A stretch of DNA of 64,000 nt from Trypanosoma brucei (lineage: Eukaryota): positions 1,088,001-1,152,000 of the forward strand of contig CP000067.1 of assembly GCA_000002445.1 (NCBI GenBank), read 5' to 3'. The translations under genes were made by a program, and so were the position numbers. The notes under the pieces are model-generated. The model made no database searches. It was not told the origin of the DNA and was given only the letters and a program-made list of their open reading frames with translations. Within the stretch, counting starts at the first letter, position 1. Each line of letters opens with the position of its first letter. Of this stretch, positions 30,271 to 41,290 are shown in pieces.

Positions 30271-32356
30271 CAAAACCTTCTTATTTCTATACAGTCCCCT
30301 CCGACCTTACCCCTTCGTAAAGGTTTCCTTATACCTGTTTCCTCTATGCAGTTTAACCGAAATCACGACCAAATAATATACTTCCATCATCAAACAATGA
30401 TATCAAATACCAACCACAGAGGTACCGTCGCAATGGACAAATGCCTGCACAACTAACACCCCTTTTTTCACCTCTTTGGCACAAAACCGTACGACCGAAG
30501 GGGAGACGCGATGACGAAACTGAACAAACAAACAAACAAAAAAATAAATAAATAAAAAATTAAAAAAAATCATTATGTTTGAACATCTAACAGAGAATTT
30601 CTCATGTCTTCATCACCTTTACCTATGGCATTTTACTTAATTTCTCTTCATTATTAAACTCACGCCTGCGTGCGTACTATTGGGACGCTTAGCACAACGC
30701 CCATCGCTCGCTTTTCTGTCCTTTACTTCCATTTCCTTCGGCAAGAATAAACATGTGAATATATTTGGGGGTCCGTGCATTAATGAGTAACAGTGGAAGA
30801 AAAAAAAATTTAATAACATTTCCGTTTCATCTCATGTTGGTGACGAGTACCATTCAACTTTTTTTTTTTTTTGTAGTCCACACGTCACCCGCGATACGAA
30901 TATGCTCCCGACTTCCACCCCGCTTCTTTTTTTTTTCTTTTTTCTTTTCCTCCCACTCCCATTTTTTGTGCTTTTCCTTTTTATATTTATGTAGTAACGC
31001 CCTCTCAAACTATTAACATAAAAACACGTATTTTTCCAACGCATGATTTGCTCCAATTGGCAAATTAAAAAGACCCAGCGGATTTAATGTTCATTTTTTA
31101 GCCTTTCATCAATGCCATATCGTGTCGCTGAACTTCGCCGTATCCGCGCAGGGCACCGCAGCGCTTTTCCGTCGCGTTATGAACATTTTCCGTGAACCAA
31201 CGCGTAAACCAATTGCAGCAGTTTTGTCTTTCTTTTTTTTTTTTTTGGGGGGGTGCGCTTCATGTTGTCCTTCATAAATCAAAGAGCCATGCATACTCCT
31301 GCCAGAATTGTCACGAGACGTGTCCAGAAAATAGCAGCAAAGGCAAATCAAATGATGTGAAGACTAACCAGAAGGTTAATGTAGCTCATAATTGAAAAGA
31401 AAACTATAAATGAGCTTTGTTACTGTTTGCTTAGAATAAATAATAATAAAAAAAAAGAAAAGCGACACCAAAAGCCAAGGAAAGTAAATGTTAACTGACA
31501 ACCAGTAACTTTGAGGTGTGAGGTCAACCTTTAAAGTGACATTACGTATTAATACTGTTGCTTTTCCCCTCTCTTTTTTTTCTTCCATCTCCATGACAAG
31601 AGAAAGAAAAAAGAAGAAGAAAACGAACAAACAAAAGAGGAACGGAAGAAGCACCAGTGAGTAACATCAACAAAAGATCAAACAAACAAGAAGAAGAAGA
31701 AGAAAAAAAAAGATGCTCTGCATACTTATTTTTGCGTTTATTCTCCTCTTCCGCCTTGAATATGTGTGAGATTGGTTTCAGAACACCAATAACAATTTTT
31801 TCTTTTTTTGTTTTTGAAAAAAAGAAGGAAATTTAAAAGTAGAGAGAGAGAGAGAGTTATAAAAAGCTACCGAAACAGGAAAGAAGATAAGTCAAAATAA
31901 AAGAGGAATGCATGACGGGTCTCTCGGACTGCTGCTCCATTCAAGTATCTGAAACAAAACAGAACAAAACAAAGAACCACGTAAACAGGGGTGAGAGCAA
32001 AAAAGAAAAAAGAAAAAAAGAAAAAGTGATTTTTTTTTAAAAAATTTCAGGAGTCGTCACATTGTGCATGATAGATATCTTTACTTACTTACTTAAATAT
32101 CATAAATCAAATAGAAACGAAGCTCATCCGTGAAGTGAAACAAATGTATGTGAGTGAACCATAATACAAATACAAGGGAGAAAGAAAGGGGTTTGGGAAA
32201 AATACTTGAACAGAAGGAAACCGTAAAGATAAAAAGAAAAAGAAAGAAAAAGAAAAAAAAAGAAAGAAAAATGAAACACCAACAATGAAGATAACACCAC
32301 ACTTTGAAACCCCAACTTCACCCCACCAAATAAAATAAAATAAAATGAACTACAGG

Positions 32357-32391
32357 AGGAGAGAGAGAGAGGTGGTGGTGGTGGTGGTGGG
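32357..32391. repeat. (GA)n followed by (GGT)7
   Basis: Read directly. It produces a spurious poly-Pro ORF on the minus strand. Confidence 0.9.
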
Positions 32392-33234
32392 AGGAACGAC
32401 AAAAAGAAAAAAAGAAAAAAAAAGGATCAACGAAACATCATGAACATTAACGTTAATGATAATGACGGCGTGTGTGTGCGTGTGTGTATGGGGAAACGAA
32501 ACCGGCCTGCTCGGTGCAAAACAAACAACGAGAAGAGAAAAAAGAAAGAAAGAAAAAAAAAAAGGAGCACCAGGAGATGATTGAGCAACTGGGTCCCGAT
32601 GCAGCTTTCACTCTGTGAGATATTTTTTGTGTGTATCCGCATTTTTTATTTTTCAAGGAGCAACAATAACACTAGTAGTAATAATATCGTTATTATTATT
32701 ACAGGGAAAAGTGACAAAAAAACATGGGAAGGAACACACAAAACAAAAAAAAAAAGGAAAAGAAAAAGAAAAAGAAAAACGAAACAACACCGAAAATTTG
32801 CGGATCAGAGTGTCGTGCTTAAAAAAAAAAAACTTCGTTCAACAGCACTGAAGGCGACGAAGGACCATCCAAATTGTATGAACAAGTGCAAATGAATATA
32901 TAAATAAATGTGGATGAATGGATAAATGAATGAAGGGACATGCAGGTATTTTTGGACATGAATATGCACTTCGGCTTCCATTCCATTCTTTTTTTTTTCC
33001 ATCTTCCTCCTCTCTCTCTCTTTTTCGTACTAAGGTCCCATAAACACCAACAGCGGTAAAAGTAGAAAAACAAAAGGTGACTGACTCGCCGAAAAATGTA
33101 AAGAAGGTCTAACTTTCATATGTACTCAAGGGTATCATTAAAAAATTTACCCCCTCCTTTGGTCCTCTTCCTCTTTCTTTCTAACAGTTCCACTAGCTCT
33201 TCCTTTTTTTTCTTTTTGAAACACACATACACGC

Positions 33235-33257
33235 ATATATATATATATATATATATT
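33235..33257. repeat. (AT)n microsatellite
   Basis: Read directly. Confidence 0.9.
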
Positions 33258-33611
33258 CATTTATATATTCCATTAGGGACTACTCCCTTCCTCTTCCTCC
33301 TCCTTCCCACACACTCCACATATGTGAATCACAGTAACATCCGGTTTCATGCATCCACCACCGTGTTGGAGCATGTGATATGAGAAATGATGATAATGCC
33401 GATGTACCATCAATCAAGGAAGACTTTTTTTTTTTGTTGCAGACAGGATGCGTATGTGTGTATTTGTGTCTGGGGAATGTTGAATTCCCTCCTTCGCTCA
33501 TTTGTATGCAACCAAATAATAACTCCCTTTTTGTGCTGTTGTTGTATGACGTTTTACTTGCACCCGTCGTTTTGCCGCGCCTGCCCCAACTTTCTGTCGT
33601 CCACACCTCAG

Positions 33612-33630
33612 TATACATACATACATACAT

Positions 33631-33669
<39 letters not shown>
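33612..33669. repeat. compound microsatellite (CATA)n-(CA)n-(TA)n
   Basis: Read directly: atacatacatacatacacacacacacatatatatatatatatatatatatata. Confidence 0.9.
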
Positions 33670-33673
<4 letters not shown>

Positions 33674-33805
33674 TTTGTAACGGGTGACACAAATGTGAAA
33701 TTATTTTTATTGCCGATCTACACCACTAAAATATTCTTTTCTTCCACTTCTACTCAGATTGTACTAATAATATTGACTAGTACCTAGTACTCTACTGGCG
33801 CATCA

Positions 33806-36073
33806 TTAGCGATCCACGCCAAACGTGCGCACCATATGCTCGGGAGGCAAATAAAACCACATCCCTTCACCAGCGGCTCCGGCTGAGTTTACATCAAAGT
33901 TGGTGAAAAAGGTTTCCACAAATGTGTCATGCCTCAACTCCGGAAGGAACACGGGCCGCAAGTGATGTATGCCACCTTCCTGCAATGCTCGCTCCAGCTC
34001 CGGTGGTGCCTCACCAAACAGCTCCTTTGCACGCCTATGCACCAAGACGTAGACACAACGTGCCACAACCGGTTGTGTATCTTCCATAGCAAAACCAATC
34101 GTCAGGAAAACATTCAGCACATACGAATGGAAACGCATGCAGCGGTGGTAGGCGGTTTCAACACCCGTCGCGGAACCAATGGCGGAGGCGGGTGGACGCC
34201 CTTCGGCACCAGCTTCAGGACCAATGCTAACATCTCCAAAGAGATCCAACACATGCGCCAATGGGTTAAAGACGGGAACAGTATCCTCTTTTGGTGCCTG
34301 CCCGAAGCCAACGACTGACTTGGTTTCTTCTTCGTCATTTTCATTTTCGTTGCCGTTATCGCTATTACTGGGACCACCCTCACGGCTGCCGACGACGTTA
34401 AACCAATCCCCTGGGGCGGCGGGTGTCTCTACCCTCTTAGCGTCTACAGACGCCCCTTTTCTGCAGAGGGGGACCGTTGGGATGACATTGCAACACGCCA
34501 CTGCGTTACGTACGGCCTGAAGCATCTCCTCACAATCCCCTTTGATGCTGTAAAGTAGTGAAAGCAATAAACACGCCAAAAGACGGAGCTGCAACAGACG
34601 CTGCTGGAGCATTTCCATCCCTTCGTCAGAGGCGGTGGAGCTTGCCTTGCGAAAGTCATTTAATGCTTGAGGTGTAACACAAGGTGCAGTGAGTTCATAG
34701 AGTCGCCGTAGTGCACCGACCGCATCGTGGGACCTTTCCCTTGTGACTACAAACACTTGCGCGTAACCCATAGCTGTGAGGACCAGCGTGCGCGCACGGT
34801 CCACCAGTTGCTGTAAGTTTGCATACTGCGGCAGCTGCGGTGTGGGTCCAAACTCATTGTGTTTTGGTGCAAAACCTAACAATGACGAAAACTTCCCCTT
34901 GCAACCGGCGAATTCCACGTCGTACGCGCCATGACCGAAGTTGCTAACAGGTGAAGGGCAAGGAAGAAAATACACGGGGCTATCGAATAAATAACTCCCC
35001 GAGGAGGGCCACTTTGCATCATTTACGGGAGGAACGTCCACACAGCCAGGCGATGGCTGCTGCTGCGATGCAATAGGCGGAGACTCCGCCCCGAGAACAG
35101 AGTTGCATGGCGAGCCCTGATCTATTAATGAGGACGTTGGGGCAGTATACTCTACCCAGTTGTGTGTCTCAGTAATAATAGGAGGCAAAGACGCCCGCTG
35201 GTCTTTGCCATCGCCACCGTTGTTGTTGTTGTGATGATTCTTATGATGATGGTCATGATTGTGGTTATGGTGATTATCATTGTTGTTATGCTTGCTAGAC
35301 CATCCGCTGCTGCCGTTGCCGTTGTTACTGTGTGAAGAATTGTTCATACGGGCTTGCGCGGCACCCATATTCCCTTCCTTACGTTTGAGGTTGTAATAAC
35401 TGTCAACCGCCTCCTTAAGGGTGCGGTTTGCAAAGTTTCCTGATCCAAATATGCAAGTTACATTTCCCTCAGGGCTGGCATCATGAAAAACGCGATCCAC
35501 TATGGGCTGCTTTGCTGCATTGCACTTCAGTCTCAGTGGAGGTTTTCCTGGCCCATTGGGTAGCTCCAACCCGCTTTGGCGCATCATCGCCGCGGCACCG
35601 CTGCGGTCGGCGAACTCAACGAAACCGTATATCCAATTTTGGGTATTGGTGGAGTTTCCACAGATGCGCACTCTCAGATATTCTCCGCACTGTGCGCACA
35701 ATGCGGCCAGTTCGCTCTGAAGCATGCCCGTGGGAAGAAAGCGGAGATGTACAGTGCGGGCAATGGCATCTGTTTCTTCAGCAGACTGGGCCGCAATCCG
35801 TTGTCGTTCCTCCTTCGGGAGTGCTTTGAACTGCTGATGTAAACGCTTCTGAGGGTCAGACCCAGCGTCAGGCCCGCAGTATGTGAAGCAGTTGCGCGTC
35901 ACATCTGCCGGTGGAGGAGCAGAATCCACACGGAACGATCGACCCGGTGGGCTGGTTATGTGATCAGCGAATACGTGTCCATTTCTCCCACCTGTTGATG
36001 CAGTGTCCACTACGGCGTGAGCGTTAGCGCCTTTCTCCAACGCCGTTGCGGCATGCCGCATCCGCCTTCCCAT
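33806..36073 (-). CDS. RNA-binding protein with N-terminal RRM-like domain and His/Asn-rich tract
   Basis: The segment VHLRFLP...IYGFVEFADRSGAAAMM looks like RRM RNP motifs. A tract NNDNHHNHNHDHHHKNHHNNNN follows. Confidence 0.65.
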   Translation of the reverse strand: MGRRMRHAATALEKGANAHAVVDTASTGGRNGHVFADHITSPPGRSFRVDSAPPPADVTRNCFTYCGPDAGSDPQKRLHQQFKALPKEERQRIAAQSAEETDAIARTVHLRFLPTGMLQSELAALCAQCGEYLRVRICGNSTNTQNWIYGFVEFADRSGAAAMMRQSGLELPNGPGKPPLRLKCNAAKQPIVDRVFHDASPEGNVTCIFGSGNFANRTLKEAVDSYYNLKRKEGNMGAAQARMNNSSHSNNGNGSSGWSSKHNNNDNHHNHNHDHHHKNHHNNNNGGDGKDQRASLPPIITETHNWVEYTAPTSSLIDQGSPCNSVLGAESPPIASQQQPSPGCVDVPPVNDAKWPSSGSYLFDSPVYFLPCPSPVSNFGHGAYDVEFAGCKGKFSSLLGFAPKHNEFGPTPQLPQYANLQQLVDRARTLVLTAMGYAQVFVVTRERSHDAVGALRRLYELTAPCVTPQALNDFRKASSTASDEGMEMLQQRLLQLRLLACLLLSLLYSIKGDCEEMLQAVRNAVACCNVIPTVPLCRKGASVDAKRVETPAAPGDWFNVVGSREGGPSNSDNGNENENDEEETKSVVGFGQAPKEDTVPVFNPLAHVLDLFGDVSIGPEAGAEGRPPASAIGSATGVETAYHRCMRFHSYVLNVFLTIGFAMEDTQPVVARCVYVLVHRRAKELFGEAPPELERALQEGGIHHLRPVFLPELRHDTFVETFFTNFDVNSAGAAGEGMWFYLPPEHMVRTFGVDR

Positions 36074-37478
36074 CTTTTGTCTTATTGGACGGAAACCTAT
36101 GTCGTTGTTACTGTTTTTTTCTTTTACCCTTGCCTGCCCACACTAGAACTTCTAATACTACCGGTATTTTCCCTTTCCTTTTGTTTCCTTTCTCGCTTGC
36201 AGTACTCCCCTTTGTCTGAAGAGCCCTCTTCTGTTGTTCAATGTAAGAATATCTAAAACAGAAAACCTCTAACAACAAAGTACGAAGGAATCCTTCCCTC
36301 TTTCTGTGTTTTCCGTCCTCTTTCCCCTTCTTTCGCTCGCTTACTACCCTACACTCTGCGTCCTCTACCTCTCTTCTACTTTACAATATATCAACCGGCT
36401 ACCTACCAATCCTAATATGCCACTTCCCCTGCTACCCTAGTACCTACTCAGTGTTGCTAATAATGAAGTAACTAATAATAATATGTAAATATCCCCCTAA
36501 CAACTACAACCCTCTAACAAACCAACACAACCGTCAGGCAGTTCCTTGACACCGTTAGCTCTAGGTACACACTCTACTTTCCACTGACAAAGAGTGAGAA
36601 ACTAGTGCCAACGCTAAAAGAGATGAAAAAGAAACTGCCTTGACTGTGCGTCTCCGCTGCGTACAGCTACACACAAATGTAATCAACCAAAAGAAAAAAA
36701 TGCGCTTCTCTACCTGCTAGTAAACAAGGTCCTAACAACCTACGCCGCCCACTATCACCTTAACTCACCCTAACCCTACCCGGCAATGCCCCTACAAAAA
36801 AAAAGTTCCCCTGATAGTTTCCGTTTCTCGAGAACAATATGACGTAAGAATGAACAAACAAACCTTAATTCACAACCCTTAATGCCTATTGTTTTTGCAC
36901 CACCAAGAAATGGGGGACATAAGTAGGGTAAAAAAGACAAAGACATCAAAAGTTAAGAAAAAACAACAACAACAACAGAATGGAAAATCAGAAGGTAAAG
37001 CAAAACAAACAACGGCCCTAAAAGTTGCATGACCACAAACGAACAAAAAGAAAAGACACAATTAAAACCTGCACGTATTCCTTCTGGAGCTCAATGGCAC
37101 ATGTAATCACCCCGGCAAGCAACAAACCGCGCAGAGGATTTGGCACGATACCAAGAAATGGTACAGGTACAATAAAATTAGATTTAGGGCTCACACACTT
37201 TAGTAAGCACAAACAAGCACCACGTCTTGACTACAGTTCGCGAACAATTTCGTCAAGTACGTACAAACCAACAATCACCATAGTTCTATCTTCCTCCCGC
37301 ATATTTACATTTGATGAATTTTTCTACGAAGTTTCGCCACCGTAATATGCAGAACGCCTAACTCATTCACACATATTGGAGACGTACATAATCAATGGTC
37401 TTTCTGTGCGCACATATGCGTTGAGGTTATGCTCTACACAACAAGGGTTGGCACAAAGGTCTCCCTATGTGGATAAAA

Positions 37479-38471
37479 TCATTGTCCTGCAGCGGCAGAC
37501 TTCGATCTCACACAAACACGCTGGGGAGGAATGGAGGGGCCAGTTTCTGTTAATGTGTCATCTTTCTGCTGTCGACTATGCCGAGTCTCAGTTCGAGATG
37601 CCACCCCAACATTACCTTTCGCTACCTTCGAGAAACCCGTAAATGCACCGAAGGCTGATGAGCCCCGCAACCTTGGATATGGCATTCCACTTAGCCGACG
37701 CGAGGCACCCCACAAAGATGTGGTAGTGTTACATTTCGTGGAGTGAGTAGCATGTGACCGGCAGTTTTTGATATCTTTTAACACCTCATGGGATGCCTTT
37801 ACGAAGCCACTGAAGGACGGCTTTTGCCGCACAACCTCACCATCCATCTTACTGCGCTCACTCGGGTTCTCTGTGAGTGCACCAACAGCTGTACGTTCCT
37901 CCAATTGTACTGTATTGGGAAGTGGCGGAGGCTCAACGGGGTACACATGTGTTGCCGTCTGCTGCACATCGTCACCTTTGATCTTACATTCAGGAGACAC
38001 ACCCTTCAGGTTGGTTTCCACAGCTTGTTTTCCATTGCTTACAGCCGGTTTCACTTTTCGGTCAGTGTGTTTCCTGCATACTTGTGCTGTGCGTTCCGTG
38101 GCAGACGGAAGTACATCCTCACACACATGACCTTTGCTACAGCTCACATCACTCTTTTGTTCGCACGGAGGTGTAGGTGGTTCACTGCAAAGGACTCGCG
38201 TCTGACTTCTTTCCCGCCCTTTACAGTAGTATTCCTCATGGGCCGCTAACCTTGCCATCTCTACTTCCATACCACAGCACGAGCATTCTACCAATTGTTG
38301 CCCACAGCGGCTGATGTGTTCACTACAGCCAAAACGCCTACAATAGGGGCACTTGCGAAGATTTTTGGGCAGTAAATCAGAACTTTTCCGCTTCGTAGGG
38401 TCACGCACAAGAGCACCATTGTACTTCCAGGGTGCACCACTCGTTACAGTTGTCTTGCTCTCCGTTTCCAT
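37479..38471 (-). CDS. TRAF-like zinc-finger protein (330 aa), repeat copy 1
   Basis: 1-kb ORF inside each cassette. Cys/His cluster CPYCRRFGCSEHISRCGQQLVECSCCGMEVEMARLAAHEEYYC fits a TRAF-type C2HC/C3HC pattern. The rest is Ser/Thr/Pro/Lys-rich. Confidence 0.65.
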   Translation of the reverse strand: METESKTTVTSGAPWKYNGALVRDPTKRKSSDLLPKNLRKCPYCRRFGCSEHISRCGQQLVECSCCGMEVEMARLAAHEEYYCKGRERSQTRVLCSEPPTPPCEQKSDVSCSKGHVCEDVLPSATERTAQVCRKHTDRKVKPAVSNGKQAVETNLKGVSPECKIKGDDVQQTATHVYPVEPPPLPNTVQLEERTAVGALTENPSERSKMDGEVVRQKPSFSGFVKASHEVLKDIKNCRSHATHSTKCNTTTSLWGASRRLSGMPYPRLRGSSAFGAFTGFSKVAKGNVGVASRTETRHSRQQKDDTLTETGPSIPPQRVCVRSKSAAAGQ

Positions 38472-38936
38472 GACCTACACCTAAAACAAGACAGCATAAA
38501 TAATTACAGTATTTGGGAAAGGAAGGAGAGCCATGTGTGAACCAGTCGGAAAATGTATCAACGGCAACATGACCTGCACAGAGTTACTGAAGCCACGGTG
38601 TGAGCAACAGCTAGCATTTAAGGAGGGGGAAATATAACACCTATGGGAATAAGTAACGCTTACACAATGTGAAAGGAGGGTTGCAGGAGACTACAGCCAG
38701 TGCAAATGGACACAAGAGTCCTTGCTGCCGCTTTTCATAACACAATCCAACACACAATGCAATGACTCGAGAAACCCCAACACTTCACCAGCACCTGCGG
38801 AAGCTACGGGCGTGTGTGCATGTGTGTGCACAATTTGGGGAACTCGGGCCTGACACAGACAGGATGGCAGGTAATGATAGAGTGGGAGGATTACCGCATT
38901 CCAGCAACTCTACAATGGAATAAACTTGATTCGATA

Positions 38937-38958
38937 CCTTGCATCAACAACTCAAACT
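38937..38958. repeat. 22-bp direct repeat taccttgcatcaacaactcaaa (left copy). The right copy is at 39760-39781. The pair recurs in unit 2 (43491-43512 and 44314-44335), and a single copy is present in unit 3 (48037-48058)
   Basis: Exact 22-nt match read directly. The segment between the two copies is missing from unit 3. Confidence 0.85.
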
Positions 38959-39828
38959 CTCTAAATTTTTGTGAGACGCAGATGGGAAGTGAAGGAACGT
39001 GTATTCGGTGATGATGTTAAAACTAGATAAGATTTTGTGATGCACATGTAGTTATGTTAAAAAAGAAAAAAAATATCGAGGGCTTCCTGGTGGCAAAAGT
39101 TTACCAACCCCCCATCCCCCTAAAAAAAAAAGATTTCACCGTGCAACAGATGTGAAACTGCAGTAAATATTGAGAACTTCCCGTCATTCACACTGCGCAC
39201 TATGACACCGGTTAGCTTATCTTGCTATCAGGGTCTGAAACTTTATGTGGGAGGTGGCTAACATTTAGAGCTTTCTTCACGATATTCAGAAATGACACTG
39301 ACAGAAAGCTGGTGATTACGAAAGGAGCAACGTATATTACTAGCGGTGTTCTTCAGGGGAATGTATGATCCGTGAGTATACGCCCCTGCATGTGTAAATG
39401 GATTGATTCATTTTGCGTGCTAACTCTTTTCTACTTTTCCAGAAAGTGACTTAGGTTGTGGCACCACAAAGCCGTTCCGGCGTATTAAAATTATGATGGA
39501 AAAGAAAGGAGAGGGAAATAGCCTGACTAACATTTGGGGCACCTTATCCATGGAAGGGATCCAAACGTTGTAAAAAAACAAGTCACTGCCACTGACTCAC
39601 ATTGGTATTTGCCGGATAACCTCACCGTGCTCCACGGCTGTACGTACGGTAACAAGACAAAGATTAGCACATGAAAACAAAGAAAAATTTAAGTTCTTTT
39701 AAAAAATACCCATGTTAGGAATATAACACTCTCACGACAAGAAAAAAGAAAATCTGCGGTACCTTGCATCAACAACTCAAAATCAATTTAAAAAAATATA
39801 TGTGTTCACGTTCGAATTCGTGTTCGCC

Positions 39829-40983
39829 CTACAAACAACTCATTTCCCGGAGAGGTCCCTGGCTGCCCGTTAGCGAGCGGTGCGAGATGTTCTTCTCATT
39901 GTTGAACCGCCGCCTCAACTCGTTGTAGTCACTCTCATTTACATGGTGTACCATAATGGAGCTTTTTGTCACGGCTCCCAACGTTGTACCGGCGTGCACA
40001 TCGTGAAACGAGCACTTAGGCTCGTGAACGTAGGTTATATTCGTATGATACATGGCCCTCCGCAATGTAATCCCTACCATTGCGTCTTCAACCATGACAC
40101 AGAGAGACTGGAACTCTTCGTCACGTATTGCTGTGTAGGGGACGTGGATTATTGTTCGAAGGGGCTTATACGAGACAAAACGTTCCGCGACGTCACGTCC
40201 TAGAGTATAGCACGCGCCATAAGCATAATTAAATCGGAAACCTTGCACGGTGTGCACGTCTATCGTACCCCAGTATAGCCCACGGCGAGGTAGGTTGCGT
40301 AAGTCTGCTAGATACTGAGGAACGCGTAGGAACATATCGTCATCTGCCTTCGCAATATACGGGGCATACGGAAATAAGCACACTGACATGTCAAACCACA
40401 AGAATGTCTTGCGGCTCATGCCAATCTCCGCATCAATGCCCCACTTCCCACCTTGACCCACACGCTTCCTACCTGACGGCCGGCCCTCGTTCATTGGCAA
40501 CGTTAAGATGTCACTCCATTGAGTAGCTTCCTCCACCAGTGCCTTGGTATAAGTGTAGCCATTTTCGGGATGTCGCGCAAGGATGTACAGCGGCAGCATT
40601 TCACCAGAGAAACCGTTCGCACGTACTGCAACGCCGGCGTATGTCCAGCATGCTGCCCGTTGCAGGTCGCGGCGGCGCCGTCTCACGTCCAGGTCTATGG
40701 AGGGGATGCCGATTACCACCAAGTACCGTCGCTCCTCCCATGCGCTAACGACGGGAGCTGGGACGTAAGTTAGCGACTGTTTCACCCACAGAGGGCGTTT
40801 CCAGTAGGTGCAGCGTTCGGTGATTTTTTTTCTTTCCCGGCGTCTAACTCGTTCCACATCCTCTAGGAGCGTCCTGAAAGTAACAATCGCCGCGGACACT
40901 GCCAAGAGAATAATGATAAGCCAATACCTCCGCTTGTGTGCTGTACATCTTCTAATCCGATTTCCCCGAAGCGCGGGGGCCAT
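39829..40983 (-). CDS. UDP-Gal/UDP-GlcNAc-dependent glycosyltransferase (GT31-like beta-1,3-glycosyltransferase family), repeat copy 1
   Basis: Type-II signal anchor (RRYWLIIILLAVSAAIVTF), DXD motif (IAKADDDMFL) and YWGTID motif, 384 aa. Typical of the kinetoplastid GT family. Confidence 0.85.
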   Translation of the reverse strand: MAPALRGNRIRRCTAHKRRYWLIIILLAVSAAIVTFRTLLEDVERVRRRERKKITERCTYWKRPLWVKQSLTYVPAPVVSAWEERRYLVVIGIPSIDLDVRRRRRDLQRAACWTYAGVAVRANGFSGEMLPLYILARHPENGYTYTKALVEEATQWSDILTLPMNEGRPSGRKRVGQGGKWGIDAEIGMSRKTFLWFDMSVCLFPYAPYIAKADDDMFLRVPQYLADLRNLPRRGLYWGTIDVHTVQGFRFNYAYGACYTLGRDVAERFVSYKPLRTIIHVPYTAIRDEEFQSLCVMVEDAMVGITLRRAMYHTNITYVHEPKCSFHDVHAGTTLGAVTKSSIMVHHVNESDYNELRRRFNNEKNISHRSLTGSQGPLREMSCL

Positions 40984-41220
40984 AACTACACATCAAAGGC
41001 GTTCATATTTGAGAATCCAGTGGAGTTGAGGGGGCGTAGAGACCCTACTGTCGGTGATAAGTTGACGTAAAAAGTACAGCCGCTGTGGAAGCAAACATCG
41101 TTACCCAACGAACGTACACAAAAACGGAAACGAAACGACCAAAACTGCTGGACCAACGTGTCAGAAAACAATAATCATGACATGAAAGTAAGCCCAACTC
41201 ACGGCCATGCAAGTATTCAC

Positions 41221-41290
41221 ACATACGAAAACAACAAAAATAACGTCGCCTGAAAAAAAAAACAAAACCAAACAATAGTAAGAAGTTACT
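41221..41290 (-). promoter_or_regulatory. polypyrimidine (T-rich on coding strand) tract upstream of glycosyltransferase copy 1. An identical tract sits at 45775-45840 upstream of copy 2
   Basis: The plus strand reads acgaaaacaacaaaaataacgtcgcctgaaaaaaaaaacaaaaccaaacaatag. Confidence 0.4.

Noticed and set aside
30290-30400. TGATGA-like C-box on the minus strand (ccatcatcaa on plus), considered as a C/D snoRNA candidate in the large intergenic island
   Set aside because: No convincing D box (CTGA) at appropriate spacing and no terminal stem could be identified by eye. Left as unverified.
32124-32402. 92-aa minus-strand ORF with a poly-Pro run
   Set aside because: It is generated by the (GGT)7 microsatellite inside the low-complexity island.
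39805-39832. Near-palindromic gttcacgttcgaattcgtgttcgccc just downstream of each glycosyltransferase stop, considered as a tRNA fragment or hairpin terminator
   Set aside because: It is not a true palindrome. No tRNA cloverleaf could be built around it. Pol II termination hairpins are not a feature of trypanosomatid polycistronic units.
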